Made by a program: the position numbers and the translations under genes. The notes below the pieces were generated by a model. That model searched no databases. It saw only the letters and a list, made by a program, of their open reading frames with translations, and was not told the origin of the DNA. DNA of 40,645 nucleotides from a virus (lineage: Duplodnaviria > Caudoviricetes): positions 1-40,645 of IMG/VR virus record IMGVR_UViG_3300017774_003848; one strand, written 5' to 3'. Shown here in pieces: positions 1 to 10,245 of this stretch. Numbering within the stretch: the stretch's first letter is position 1; every line of letters starts with the position of its first letter.

Positions 1-2
1 CC

Positions 3-3000
3 GTTCCTGATGCAGGAGTATTTGATCTTGATATGCCAGATGCTGCTGATCTAGAACCCGCATTGGCGGCTTTAAGAACCATTGGGCCTATTGGAGAAAA
101 ATTAGCTACAAACCTAACAGATCTAAATACTGTTATACCTAATTTAGAAGTTGGATTAGAAAGTTTAGCAAAGGCTCAAGCTACTGGTGGCGCTAGCACC
201 GATATTAATAAATTAATAGGTGATACAGTTGAGAAGGGTTTTGGGGTATCTCTTGGTAGTGCAGTCGGAAAAAGACTATCTGATATTATTAGAGACAGAA
301 TGACTGGAAAAGGTGGAAATGTTGAGAATGCCAATCCAAGTATTTTAAGCTCTAATACTCGCGAAGCAATAGTAAAAGAATTTACAGATTACGCTCAAGC
401 TATCAAGAGTATGAGCAAAGAAACTCTTCAAGCTTGGGCCGAATCAGAGCAAGAGCAATTAAAGATATTAGACAAGATCAATCAATCAGAAAATCGTAAA
501 TTAGAATTAACCAATCAAGGTGTTGATTCTTATGGTCGTATGGTTGAAGCTGTATCTAAAGCATATGGAAAGAATGTTCCACTTGCTGTGAAGAATATGC
601 AGCGCTTTGCTAAGCAGTTTAACTCTATTGGTAAAACAGCCTACAGTAGCATTCAAGACATTGGCAAAAACTTAAAGCAAGCCAAGGGGCAATTAGCTCA
701 AGGCGTTAAAGATCCACTTGAAGCTGGTAAACTACAAAATACCGCTAATAGACTAGAGCAATCCCTTAAGACACTTGCAAATCAAAGTGATCGTGCTGGC
801 GACACACTTGCAGAGCTGGAAAAGTTTAAAGCTCAAAGAGAAGCCATTACAAGCGCTGGGGCTAGTTATGCTTTTGGTAGTGACGAACAACGCAAATCAA
901 AAGACGATGCGACTGTTGCTTTACAACAAGTTATGGCTTCGGGTGGAGATTTAGATTCTGTATCTAGCGATATGCGTGGCCAAATTGATTCCTTGCTAAG
1001 TGAGCTTGGAGACGCTGGAAAAAATATTAAAAAGCAGTTAACTGCTAACTTCTTTGCCAAGCGTGGTAATATGGACATGGCTAATATGGTTATGTCTGAA
1101 AGCTCCGGGCCTGAGCAAAAATTAATTGCAGAACTTGGTAATATATATAAAGATGAGATTGCGGCTCAAAAGGAACTTAAAGATCTTGAAATCATGTATG
1201 GTCAAGGTCAAATTGCTGCATTAAATCAAGTCACCGATACAATCAAAGGCTTTAATGACCAGCTCAAGGGCAAGCAACAAAAAGCCGAACAGGGCGCTCA
1301 GAATATTCAAAAAGCTGCTGGTGTAACTGACTCTAAGATGACAGTTAAAGAAATAGATGATATTATTAATAGCACTAAAACTTCTTTAACTAAAGTTGAA
1401 GATAATATTGTTACGTTTGCAAAATATCTGAGTGAACTGAATGATTATCTGGCGTTTGTTAAAAATCCAGAAGAGTTTAAGAAAACTGGCGCTCCTATTC
1501 CAGCAAAACCGGGCGCTGTTCCAGTTGCTAAGGCTAAGGGTGGAATTATCTATAAAGCTGATGGGGGTTTTACACCAAGGGGTACAGATACGGTCCCAGC
1601 TATGTTAACTCCGGGCGAGTTTGTAATTCGTAAGAGTGCTGTAGATAGTATTGGTGTTGATAACTTGGAAGCTATGAATAATGGCTATGCCAGTGGTGGA
1701 TTAGTTAGCTACTTCCGCAGAGGTGGAAGGGCGATGAATTATGGAAGGTCTGCTAATAATAAAAGACAAAGAGCTATTGCCAGAAGAGATGAAAGAAGAG
1801 CTAAAAAAGCACAAGTTCTAGCAGAGCAACCATATAATCAAGCCAATACAAGATCAGTTCAAAATCTTGGCGCTGATCCTATACAAGCATTACAGCCGAC
1901 AGGTTTTAATACTAATGTAGTTGCGAATCCTGCATACGAAGATCCATATCAAAAATCTTTACAAGAAAATTTAAATTGGAAACCTCAAGGAGGATGGAAT
2001 CCAGAAGAAACGGGAGCGGCTTTATCTCGCGAAGCTTTAGCGAATAGACCAAAAACTGATGATGAAATCAAACAGGCTGATGAACAGGCAAAACATCAAG
2101 CTCAAATAGATAGAACTGTAAAGATACAGGAAAGTTTACATAATTCTTCAGTTGCGGCAGCTAAAAAATTGCAAGATGAGGGACCGCAAAGAAGTTGGTT
2201 GGATCGTATGGAAGATAGAGTATTTGGCCAATCTAAAGTAACTCAGGTTCAACATCGTGAATCATTAATGAAAAATCTTGGCGTCAGCGCAGCCGAACTC
2301 CCTAAAGGTCCAGACAAACCGTCTGATGGCGGTATAGTTGGTCAAGCTTTAGGCGCAGTTGGAAATGCGGCATCTTCAGGATATAACGCTTTAAACTCTC
2401 GTGGTTCTGGAAGATATAAATCTGATAAAAATACTGTATATAGACCAAACGGAACTGGTCCCGGTGTTAAATTAAATCAGCCTAAAAAAGAAGAGCCTGC
2501 AAAACGTCAAATTAGCGATCTGTCAAAAGAAGAAGCTGCAAAAATGCTGGGTCGTATGACTGGAATGGCAAATGGTGGCGTGGTTGAATATCACGCTCGC
2601 GGTGGACGCGCTGGAGCAAGAGCTAGGGCCGCACAAAGACGCCAAAATAAAATGCAAGCTGAACAAGAATTCCCAAGCATGGCTCAAGTTGGACCACAGA
2701 ATGTCCACAGAGATCTTGCAGGAACTCCAATAACTAGAAGTGTTATGAATAACCCTCAAAACTTTGCACAGCAAAGGAATGCCAATACTCGTAAAGCTGC
2801 AACGAGAGGAGTTCCGGGATATCTATCTGAAATGGCTGGAATGGGCCAAACTATTAATGTCGGCGCTGACACAGAAGAATCTAAAGTAAGGACAAAATAT
2901 AGCAGATCTGGCGCTAATCAATTTGCCGAAGGTGAAGAAAGACAAGCTATGCTTAAGGAAATTGCTGATGCTAGACAAAGAGACAAGGATAAATATTCTC

Positions 3001-3647
3001 CAGAAAGAATGAGAAGTTTATATGGAGAAAAAAATACTACATCAGCGACACAAGCCGTTAAACCTAAAGTCATAACTGCTCCTACTATTATGGGTCCACC
3101 TAAACCTAAATATGATGGTTATACAAATAGACAATATCAAAAAAGCGATAAGCCATTAACTGCTGTTGAAAAAGCTATGCAGGCAGTGAGACCGGGTTGG
3201 AGATCCGCTAATTTTGCCAATGGTGGAGTTGTGCATTTAGCTCGCGGTGGTCGTGTAGGTGGCTCTTCTGGAGGTGGTAAAATTCGTCGCTATGCAGAAG
3301 GCGGCAATGTAGATCCTTATACCGAAGGCAATAGTAGCGGCGGTGGAGAAATGCCACAAATGCCCGATATGAGTGGATTTGCAAAGTCTATAGAATCACT
3401 AAATGCATTCGTTGGATCATTCGAAGGGTTTAGTCAAACTATGGCTGGACTTGCTAGTCAACTAAGTTCAGTTACAGTAAGTCATAATGTTACATTCGGT
3501 GGACAAGTTAATGTGGGTGGCGTTAGCGGCGAAGGTATTGTTAATGCCATGAAATCAACGATTGAAGGCTGGATTAAAGATCAAATATCTAAGAACCCAG
3601 ATGTGCAAAAAGCCGTCAATTCTTCAGATCAGACAAGAAAAGGATAA
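3..3647 (+). CDS. Tail tape measure protein, C-terminal part (5'-truncated by the window)
   Basis: The frame is open from the left edge through the ATG at 33. A long Ala/Gln/Lys/Leu-rich helical region is followed by the tape-measure C-terminal motif GTDTVPAMLTPGEFVIRKSAV...GVDNLEAMN and repeated AxGG motifs. It lies directly upstream of large tail-like genes. Confidence 0.8.
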   Translation, partial: VPDAGVFDLDMPDAADLEPALAALRTIGPIGEKLATNLTDLNTVIPNLEVGLESLAKAQATGGASTDINKLIGDTVEKGFGVSLGSAVGKRLSDIIRDRMTGKGGNVENANPSILSSNTREAIVKEFTDYAQAIKSMSKETLQAWAESEQEQLKILDKINQSENRKLELTNQGVDSYGRMVEAVSKAYGKNVPLAVKNMQRFAKQFNSIGKTAYSSIQDIGKNLKQAKGQLAQGVKDPLEAGKLQNTANRLEQSLKTLANQSDRAGDTLAELEKFKAQREAITSAGASYAFGSDEQRKSKDDATVALQQVMASGGDLDSVSSDMRGQIDSLLSELGDAGKNIKKQLTANFFAKRGNMDMANMVMSESSGPEQKLIAELGNIYKDEIAAQKELKDLEIMYGQGQIAALNQVTDTIKGFNDQLKGKQQKAEQGAQNIQKAAGVTDSKMTVKEIDDIINSTKTSLTKVEDNIVTFAKYLSELNDYLAFVKNPEEFKKTGAPIPAKPGAVPVAKAKGGIIYKADGGFTPRGTDTVPAMLTPGEFVIRKSAVDSIGVDNLEAMNNGYASGGLVSYFRRGGRAMNYGRSANNKRQRAIARRDERRAKKAQVLAEQPYNQANTRSVQNLGADPIQALQPTGFNTNVVANPAYEDPYQKSLQENLNWKPQGGWNPEETGAALSREALANRPKTDDEIKQADEQAKHQAQIDRTVKIQESLHNSSVAAAKKLQDEGPQRSWLDRMEDRVFGQSKVTQVQHRESLMKNLGVSAAELPKGPDKPSDGGIVGQALGAVGNAASSGYNALNSRGSGRYKSDKNTVYRPNGTGPGVKLNQPKKEEPAKRQISDLSKEEAAKMLGRMTGMANGGVVEYHARGGRAGARARAAQRRQNKMQAEQEFPSMAQVGPQNVHRDLAGTPITRSVMNNPQNFAQQRNANTRKAATRGVPGYLSEMAGMGQTINVGADTEESKVRTKYSRSGANQFAEGEERQAMLKEIADARQRDKDKYSPERMRSLYGEKNTTSATQAVKPKVITAPTIMGPPKPKYDGYTNRQYQKSDKPLTAVEKAMQAVRPGWRSANFANGGVVHLARGGRVGGSSGGGKIRRYAEGGNVDPYTEGNSSGGGEMPQMPDMSGFAKSIESLNAFVGSFEGFSQTMAGLASQLSSVTVSHNVTFGGQVNVGGVSGEGIVNAMKSTIEGWIKDQISKNPDVQKAVNSSDQTRKG
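1533..3311 (+). repeat. Dispersed protein-level AxGG double motifs in the tape measure
   Basis: AKGGIIYKADGG (1533-1568), YASGGLVSYFRRGGR (~1686-1730), MANGGVVEYHARGGR (~2565-2609), FANGGVVHLARGGR (~3213-3254), and single YAEGG (~3291-3305). Confidence 0.8.
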
Positions 3648-3654
3648 TATAACC

Positions 3655-6600
3655 GTGAAAAAAAGATCCGGTGGATTAGGACTAAGTATATGGGGTGGAA
3701 CAAGACCGTCAACAACTGGCGTATTTAATACTGTCCCCCTAACGGTTAGAGTAGAATCAGCTCCGTCAACACCACACAAAACAAACTGGGATTATACACT
3801 AGCATCTGCAAGCACAATAGATGCAGTGTCGTCTACCGGAATGTTAGTGTATGGTATAACAGACTACTCGTCAAATAAATATGATTATTACTATGCAACA
3901 AACAAGGGAAAAACCCCCAATCTATACGACTTTGAGATTGACTGGTATTCTAATGATGTTGACATGGTTGATGATATTGCTACAGTTGCAACTAAAGAAT
4001 GGACAAGTACTGAGAAATATACATACGAACTAGCAAATACAAGCTTAACAGTTGATGCTATATTTAATACTACAGTATCATGTACTGATCTTGGATCTGA
4101 AAGTAATTGTAATCTGCCAATGTACAATTACGAAGCAAGTGTGCAAACTGGAGTCGCAAATGGATCACAGGCTAATGCAGAGGGTATCCTTACTGTAACT
4201 TATGAAGACGAGTGCGGGATCACAAGAACGGCCACTATAGTTGTGTCAAATAATGACAATATCGTTCATCTGTATGAATCTACTATTTGTGCATCTAGCT
4301 TACCAACTATATCATATAGTGGAACTGGAACACTTTATTTTTTATTTTATACTGCTATAGTTCCAGCAGAAGCGTGTTCACCAGAAATTCCTAGTATTGG
4401 ATGTGAGGCTGGTAAATATGGATTATCGTCTAACTTTGGAAAAACTAAAAAATGTTGTTCTAATGTTTTCACAGCTTACTCAACAGATAATAATCAATAC
4501 ACTACAGCAGTTTTAACTACAACTATGAATATTAAATTATTCAATGATGAGTTGCAAAATCCAAATTTCTTACAGCCACCAAGAGCAAATTACGCCCCAT
4601 CGCCAGTTGGAACATTTGCAACGAACGCCGAATATCCCGACTATAGCGATATATTTATTGAAATAAAATATCAAACCGCAGATATATCTGGAACCAAAGT
4701 TTCTGAGACTCAAGTCTACAGCTATGGTGGGATATTAACTAGAGACGAGTATATAGCTAAGGCAGTATTAATTTCTCCAAAAACTAGTAATACTGGTTTT
4801 CCCGGCCAAGGTCCGGGTGGTCCACCAGCTCAGACAATACCATTTTCTGATGATGATGGATTTAAATGGTATATAGTAGTAAGAGAAAATACTGGTGAAT
4901 ATCTATTTACTACCCTTAGCACTTATATGAGACCAAGTACAGTTTTAACTAGTTCCTCAGCTACTGATTTGTATTCTGATGATCCATTGACTGAACCTAT
5001 ATTCAGAAAATTATATAATACCCCATCTGACAATGGAAGTTTACTATCTATATCCTCAAATGGTACTTATTTAATAACAAACAATACTATCTCATTGCAA
5101 GCAAATATTAAAGTAATTAAAATTGCTAATTTTCCTAGCTGTGGTAAAGTAGATATCTATAAAAAGAAAACTGGCGGTATTACATCATACACCGGCAAAA
5201 CAATTACCTCTGCTGGGCATGGTCTAGTCAACGGGGATCTTGTTAAATTCTCATCCGCAATTAGTATAAGTGGAGTTACTAATATAAATGGCGTGAGATA
5301 TGCTAGCGGAGTAACTGCTAATACTTTTGATATTTATTATGATAATGGATTTAAGAGTGGGGTTCCGATACAGAATTTATACACTGTCACGGGAGTCAAT
5401 TGGAGTTCTAACGGATGGGCTTACGCACATAGCTTGTATTCTCCGATGGGTAAAAATGGATATGGGTTCACCCCTCAAGTAAGAACGGTTGTTGAGACTG
5501 GCGTTGTGGAAGGTAGTATATACACTAGAGCTATCGAATCCAGTAAAAAAGAAGGCAACCTAACTAGGCCGCAAGCCTATTTAAATAGTTGGACATCATG
5601 GAGTAATTTCTTTCCGTTTAAACGAATTGGGCCAACAGCTAGGAGCAACTCTGTCATATACGAATCATATGGTGGAACTAGATTTGGATCTGATTGTCAA
5701 ATAAATAAAGTATCAGACAATAACTATATACTTATGGTTACAGAACCCGGCGCTGAGCTATCATTCCAGATTATGGATGAGTATTATAATAAGAGTGATA
5801 TACCTGCAAATAAATATGTTATTCCACATTATTTACCTTATGGCAGAATTCACTTTTATAATATTACAAAATCCCCATATGCTATTACATATCTAACTTC
5901 AGTATCACAATCTGATAATCCATTTGCCTATTATGAAACATTAAATATCGCTAGTAAAAGAGAAGGTTATAATTTTATAACTAATAATTATGATCTTACA
6001 ACAGATAATAGTGGAGTAAGAACATATTTAGCCAATAATAATATAGCTAATTTAAACCCCAGTGAATATTGGCTTGGCGCGCAATACTATTCTTGGAATA
6101 GAACATATCTCGCTAATTCTACCATAGGTATTGATATGCCCGACCAAAAAGCATTTCCTTATGAATATGGATTTTTAGATTCCTTTGGTACGTCTGCTGC
6201 GTTTGACGTTGAAAGCGGCATATTGCATTGCGTTGCATCGACATACGTTAAAAGTGCTGATTTTTATAGCATTGAAAAATCTCGCGTACAGTACGTAGAC
6301 GCCCTATCAGAAGCCTTTTCAATAAATCTTGCAACAAGCGTAGTGTCTTCTTTGAGTGGCATCCCGGTTACATCCGATTATATAACCAGAGACCACAATT
6401 TGCAAAATGCTGAAATTGAATTATATGGCACAAACACCGATTTTGATAATAAGCAATTATTTATAGGGTGGATGTCTGCCAATAGAATCCCCGAAAGTAT
6501 TTATGTTTATGATAGAATTGGATCTGGATATAATTTAAAACAAACTATAAATAATAATGCTAACGCTAGGGGATTTGGAAATTACTTCGTTGCTGACAAT

Positions 6601-8010
6601 GGATTCTTAGTTACTAACGCTAATAGCCCCGTGGATAATCAAGGAAACTTTACAGAAAGTACTAATTATTTATATCTGTATACTCAAGATAGGAAAGACA
6701 GTAATAGAGTATATAATTTTACTCAAAAAATTTCCCCCACAATTGATCTAGACAATAGTATTTATCTTGAGGTAGACGTAAGAAACTATGTGCCAACCGC
6801 AAACATATCATACGATAACACAAAAGCCAATAGCGTAACGTCAAAAGTGAATCTTGATGGTAAGTACGATATATATGCTAATTCACTAGTTTTGAGAGAT
6901 TATAATGAGTACGCTTATTTTACATATGATGCCTCAAGTGGAGTATTCGTATGTAGAAATCACCACTTAATAACAAATAATAATTTATTAACGCAGCTTG
7001 CAACTTTAAGAATGAGACCTTCGGCAGCTTCGTTTATTGAAGATAACGCAACCGCAGAGCATATTGAATCTCTAGAGGTGCTAGAAGCTTCGGAAGATTT
7101 AAAAACTATAAAAATTATTAATCAATCATATCCAAACCCAACTTTTCTTCCTTTGTTTATAAAGTGTTTGGACGGTGATGCTGGCGCTATGCCATTATAT
7201 GCTAATGGTCACACGCCTCATAATAGTGGACTAACACTCATCACAGAAGCTGAGGCTGTTCATGCTACTGGAATTAATTTATTCGCCAAGCAGATAGAAG
7301 TGCATAATAGTGGATTGCAATTATTTATTAAACAGCCTAATGTCAATGATAGCGGAATTAAGTTGTTTATACAGCAGAATATGTCTGAACAAAATTTAAA
7401 TTTAGTTATGCCACAAAAAAATTATATCGAGATACCTTTGGTAATCAAGCCATACGATCTTGTTCTTATAGATCAAAGTGGAAATCCAATAGAAATTCCT
7501 TCGGGCGAACTTGGGAATTACATTGTTCCTTATGACAGAGGATTAACAATGGCTATTGAAAGTTATCACACTGGCGTTCCTAACGCTTCGGGCGCTGGCT
7601 TCTTATTCGTGAAAACAGACGAATATGATGATTATTCAGTTCGTATGAATATGCTTATGGTTGGAGATCCTTTACCTTCTACGAATTCCAGCGCTCAAAA
7701 TTTATTAATATTTAGCCCAAGCGGATCAACGCCAAATTATTTGACTGATATTACAAATAGTACATTGTATCTTGAGGGTCCAGATTTTGTAACTGGTTAT
7801 CCAAATGATGGTGCTATGGCTTTAACAATGTTTAGAACTCCAGAAGCTCAATTACCATTATTTGTGTATAATACATATACAAGTGGCAATTTAAATATGT
7901 TAATTCAAAGCGCCAACCTATATAATTCAGGATTAATATTATATACCTCTGGAGAGGCTTTCCCAGTTTCATATTCGGACCTAACAACACTCTATCTTCG
8001 TGGGAACTAA
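3655..8010 (+). CDS. Large virion structural protein (~1451 aa), putative tail/baseplate component
   Basis: Probable GTG start at 3655 after AGGA at 3641-3644; the track start at 3562 overlaps the tape measure. Ser/Thr/Asn/Tyr-rich beta composition. HGLVNGDLVKF...GVTNING...VTANTFDI segment (~5200-5340) resembles the E1-FCCH-like domain of phage structural proteins. Contains FG-GAP-like FG motifs and C-terminal LxLF repeats. Confidence 0.6.
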   Translation: MKKRSGGLGLSIWGGTRPSTTGVFNTVPLTVRVESAPSTPHKTNWDYTLASASTIDAVSSTGMLVYGITDYSSNKYDYYYATNKGKTPNLYDFEIDWYSNDVDMVDDIATVATKEWTSTEKYTYELANTSLTVDAIFNTTVSCTDLGSESNCNLPMYNYEASVQTGVANGSQANAEGILTVTYEDECGITRTATIVVSNNDNIVHLYESTICASSLPTISYSGTGTLYFLFYTAIVPAEACSPEIPSIGCEAGKYGLSSNFGKTKKCCSNVFTAYSTDNNQYTTAVLTTTMNIKLFNDELQNPNFLQPPRANYAPSPVGTFATNAEYPDYSDIFIEIKYQTADISGTKVSETQVYSYGGILTRDEYIAKAVLISPKTSNTGFPGQGPGGPPAQTIPFSDDDGFKWYIVVRENTGEYLFTTLSTYMRPSTVLTSSSATDLYSDDPLTEPIFRKLYNTPSDNGSLLSISSNGTYLITNNTISLQANIKVIKIANFPSCGKVDIYKKKTGGITSYTGKTITSAGHGLVNGDLVKFSSAISISGVTNINGVRYASGVTANTFDIYYDNGFKSGVPIQNLYTVTGVNWSSNGWAYAHSLYSPMGKNGYGFTPQVRTVVETGVVEGSIYTRAIESSKKEGNLTRPQAYLNSWTSWSNFFPFKRIGPTARSNSVIYESYGGTRFGSDCQINKVSDNNYILMVTEPGAELSFQIMDEYYNKSDIPANKYVIPHYLPYGRIHFYNITKSPYAITYLTSVSQSDNPFAYYETLNIASKREGYNFITNNYDLTTDNSGVRTYLANNNIANLNPSEYWLGAQYYSWNRTYLANSTIGIDMPDQKAFPYEYGFLDSFGTSAAFDVESGILHCVASTYVKSADFYSIEKSRVQYVDALSEAFSINLATSVVSSLSGIPVTSDYITRDHNLQNAEIELYGTNTDFDNKQLFIGWMSANRIPESIYVYDRIGSGYNLKQTINNNANARGFGNYFVADNGFLVTNANSPVDNQGNFTESTNYLYLYTQDRKDSNRVYNFTQKISPTIDLDNSIYLEVDVRNYVPTANISYDNTKANSVTSKVNLDGKYDIYANSLVLRDYNEYAYFTYDASSGVFVCRNHHLITNNNLLTQLATLRMRPSAASFIEDNATAEHIESLEVLEASEDLKTIKIINQSYPNPTFLPLFIKCLDGDAGAMPLYANGHTPHNSGLTLITEAEAVHATGINLFAKQIEVHNSGLQLFIKQPNVNDSGIKLFIQQNMSEQNLNLVMPQKNYIEIPLVIKPYDLVLIDQSGNPIEIPSGELGNYIVPYDRGLTMAIESYHTGVPNASGAGFLFVKTDEYDDYSVRMNMLMVGDPLPSTNSSAQNLLIFSPSGSTPNYLTDITNSTLYLEGPDFVTGYPNDGAMALTMFRTPEAQLPLFVYNTYTSGNLNMLIQSANLYNSGLILYTSGEAFPVSYSDLTTLYLRGN
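7147..8007 (+). repeat. Degenerate short peptide repeats, consensus (N/D)SG-hydrophobic-x-L-(F/Y)-hydrophobic
   Basis: LPLFIK, MPLYAN, HNSGLTLIT, HATGINLFAK, HNSGLQLFIK, NDSGIKLFIQ, LPLFVY, TSGNLNMLIQ, YNSGLILYTSG, TTLYLRG. The DNA word CATAATAGTGGA occurs twice (~7219, ~7303). Confidence 0.65.
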
Positions 8011-8013
8011 AAA

Positions 8014-10245
8014 ATGTCTTTAATGGGATTATTATTTGGCAATACAACAGATCCAATAAAACTATACTATGGTTTTGCTAGTTCTATGCAAAAGGAATTT
8101 AATAGAGCCGATGATGGAACAATATTAAGTGAAAAGCACACATTTAATATCCGAGGGGCAATTGTTCCTTCTCCTGTTGGAACTAACAAACTAATGCCAA
8201 GCGGGGCTTTTGATAGATATTCTAGTTTAGTAGGTTCAACTAGTCGTGATATAATTGAAACCGATACTAATGATTTTATTGTTGGTAGATTGTGGAATTT
8301 AAGAGCTGGGCCTTTGAGATTAGTAAAATTAACGCCCGATCCAGCCAATCCGGGGCAATATATACCATCGGGTATGCCTGTGCTAGAATATAAGTTTGCT
8401 CAATTAAATAATATAAGTATAGGGGAAGCTCCCGAAGATACTGCTGGTATTCATTTTCAAGAAGTGACAATGGCATTCGAAGCTATTACAGGACCAAGGA
8501 CAGATCCAAGTCTTGAAAATACATATAGATTAAAAGCAGCAGCGGAACAATTTGAAATTAAAAAAGAAGAAGATAGAATGTCTTATTTTATCTTCGATGG
8601 AATTGGTGCGGATAAAAAAAATGAGCAAGAACATCCATATTATTCATATACTATTACGCATACAATATCGGCCCAAGGATTACCATTATTTTATAATGAT
8701 TTTCCATCCAACCAAACGGCAATACAAAACAACGCAGATGCTGCTTATTTATATGACGTTAATTCTGGCAATTATAACTACACCCAGATGAGAACTCCGG
8801 CAACCCCAGAAACAGCTAAAAATTATCCAAAATTTGAAGCGTTCTATGAAGCGTATAACTATATACAAAGAAAGAAAAGAAATTCTTTATTAGGATCTAT
8901 AATCTATACAGATATTCATGGGAAATCGTATCTTGGAAGCAATGCATTTATGCCCACTGCATGGGATATTGCAAGTTATGAAGCTGTAATACCAAGCACA
9001 ACTATAAATGAACAAGGTACAGTAATTGCTGGTGGGCCAAATGGCGATCCATTACCTATACCCGATGGTAAATTTGAACAATACGCCGCTGAAAAATATG
9101 GAAATACTTTTAAACCTAGAGCTAGTGGAGAAAGACCTCTTCCTGCCAGCGGCGCAATGATAAGTCAAAATCTATGGGATAGTGGAGTTTATGGCGAATA
9201 CAATGTTGTAAGAACATCAACCGTAGACATGATTGCTGGATCTTATTCTCTAACCACTACTTATTTTTATTCACGTAGTCCAGCCACTATTGAAATCAAT
9301 GGTAGTTATGAAAAGGGCGAAGACGGGAATGATACCGTTAGAGTTGAAGGTACAATAACTGGATTAGATTCTAGAGGCGTGTCAGCAGATAGTAGTAATA
9401 AATACACTAATGCAAAAAATGTATTTTATACTATTTGCAAAAGTGGAATAAACACACAGGATGCTACTACTTATATCAGACCTAGTGACACTACTACAGT
9501 TTATAATAATAATGGAAGTGGAATCGCGTCTCCTAGCGCTGGATTAGTAGTAAATGCATCAGGGTGGCCATTTAACAATCCTCTTGCTGGCACATCAGGA
9601 ATTTCACCATATGGTGACGCTGGCAAGACGTTTGCTCCTTGGGGAATTGGTACTTCTATTTTTACATTTGCAAATAAAATATTCCAAGATAATTCCTATA
9701 CCCCTTTCTATAATTCAAATATGGTTCTTGATATTAGACCTATATCAACAAGCATAACAGAAAATAAAGTTGGTGGAACAATACAATTTAGCGCTACATA
9801 TAAGCCAATACCTAAAACTATTAGAGATATAAAGTTAAAGATACCTAATTGTATTGCAGTATCCCTAAATGTGCAAGATGATAATAAGTATAGAAAATTA
9901 GCCAATGTTTCTGCCGTGCAGCACAGTCAGTACACTGCGAACGCATTTGCCTCTGGCATACAGACAGCACATATTGTGCCAGTTATGGTATTGGGTAGAA
10001 ATCTTGGTCCTATACTTCAAAACATGAGTACAACTAAACAGGCTGAAAGAAAAGTTGTTTTAGAAGCTACTGTGGACGTGGCCGAGAGATATCCTGAATC
10101 TTTATGTATTTTAAGTGGAATTGCTGTAGCTCTGGATTACTACCCACCAAACACTGCAAATTTTTACTTGACAGAGTTACAGGACACTTGGGATTGGGCG
10201 AATGGAAAAATAACCGTTAACGTAGGATGGACATATACAAGATGA
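8014..10245 (+). CDS. Virion structural protein (743 aa), probable tail-tip/distal-tail component
   Basis: Long beta-rich ORF starting 3 nt after the previous stop, second gene after the tape measure. The function is inferred from position only. Confidence 0.5.
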   Translation: MSLMGLLFGNTTDPIKLYYGFASSMQKEFNRADDGTILSEKHTFNIRGAIVPSPVGTNKLMPSGAFDRYSSLVGSTSRDIIETDTNDFIVGRLWNLRAGPLRLVKLTPDPANPGQYIPSGMPVLEYKFAQLNNISIGEAPEDTAGIHFQEVTMAFEAITGPRTDPSLENTYRLKAAAEQFEIKKEEDRMSYFIFDGIGADKKNEQEHPYYSYTITHTISAQGLPLFYNDFPSNQTAIQNNADAAYLYDVNSGNYNYTQMRTPATPETAKNYPKFEAFYEAYNYIQRKKRNSLLGSIIYTDIHGKSYLGSNAFMPTAWDIASYEAVIPSTTINEQGTVIAGGPNGDPLPIPDGKFEQYAAEKYGNTFKPRASGERPLPASGAMISQNLWDSGVYGEYNVVRTSTVDMIAGSYSLTTTYFYSRSPATIEINGSYEKGEDGNDTVRVEGTITGLDSRGVSADSSNKYTNAKNVFYTICKSGINTQDATTYIRPSDTTTVYNNNGSGIASPSAGLVVNASGWPFNNPLAGTSGISPYGDAGKTFAPWGIGTSIFTFANKIFQDNSYTPFYNSNMVLDIRPISTSITENKVGGTIQFSATYKPIPKTIRDIKLKIPNCIAVSLNVQDDNKYRKLANVSAVQHSQYTANAFASGIQTAHIVPVMVLGRNLGPILQNMSTTKQAERKVVLEATVDVAERYPESLCILSGIAVALDYYPPNTANFYLTELQDTWDWANGKITVNVGWTYTR

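Noticed and set aside
3562-3654. Upstream extension of the 1482-aa ORF, or a frameshift fusion with the tape measure
   Set aside because: No convincing slippery site, and GTG 3655 with an RBS explains the gene. The extensions at 10227, 18742, 20483 and 30115 likewise have better coupled starts.
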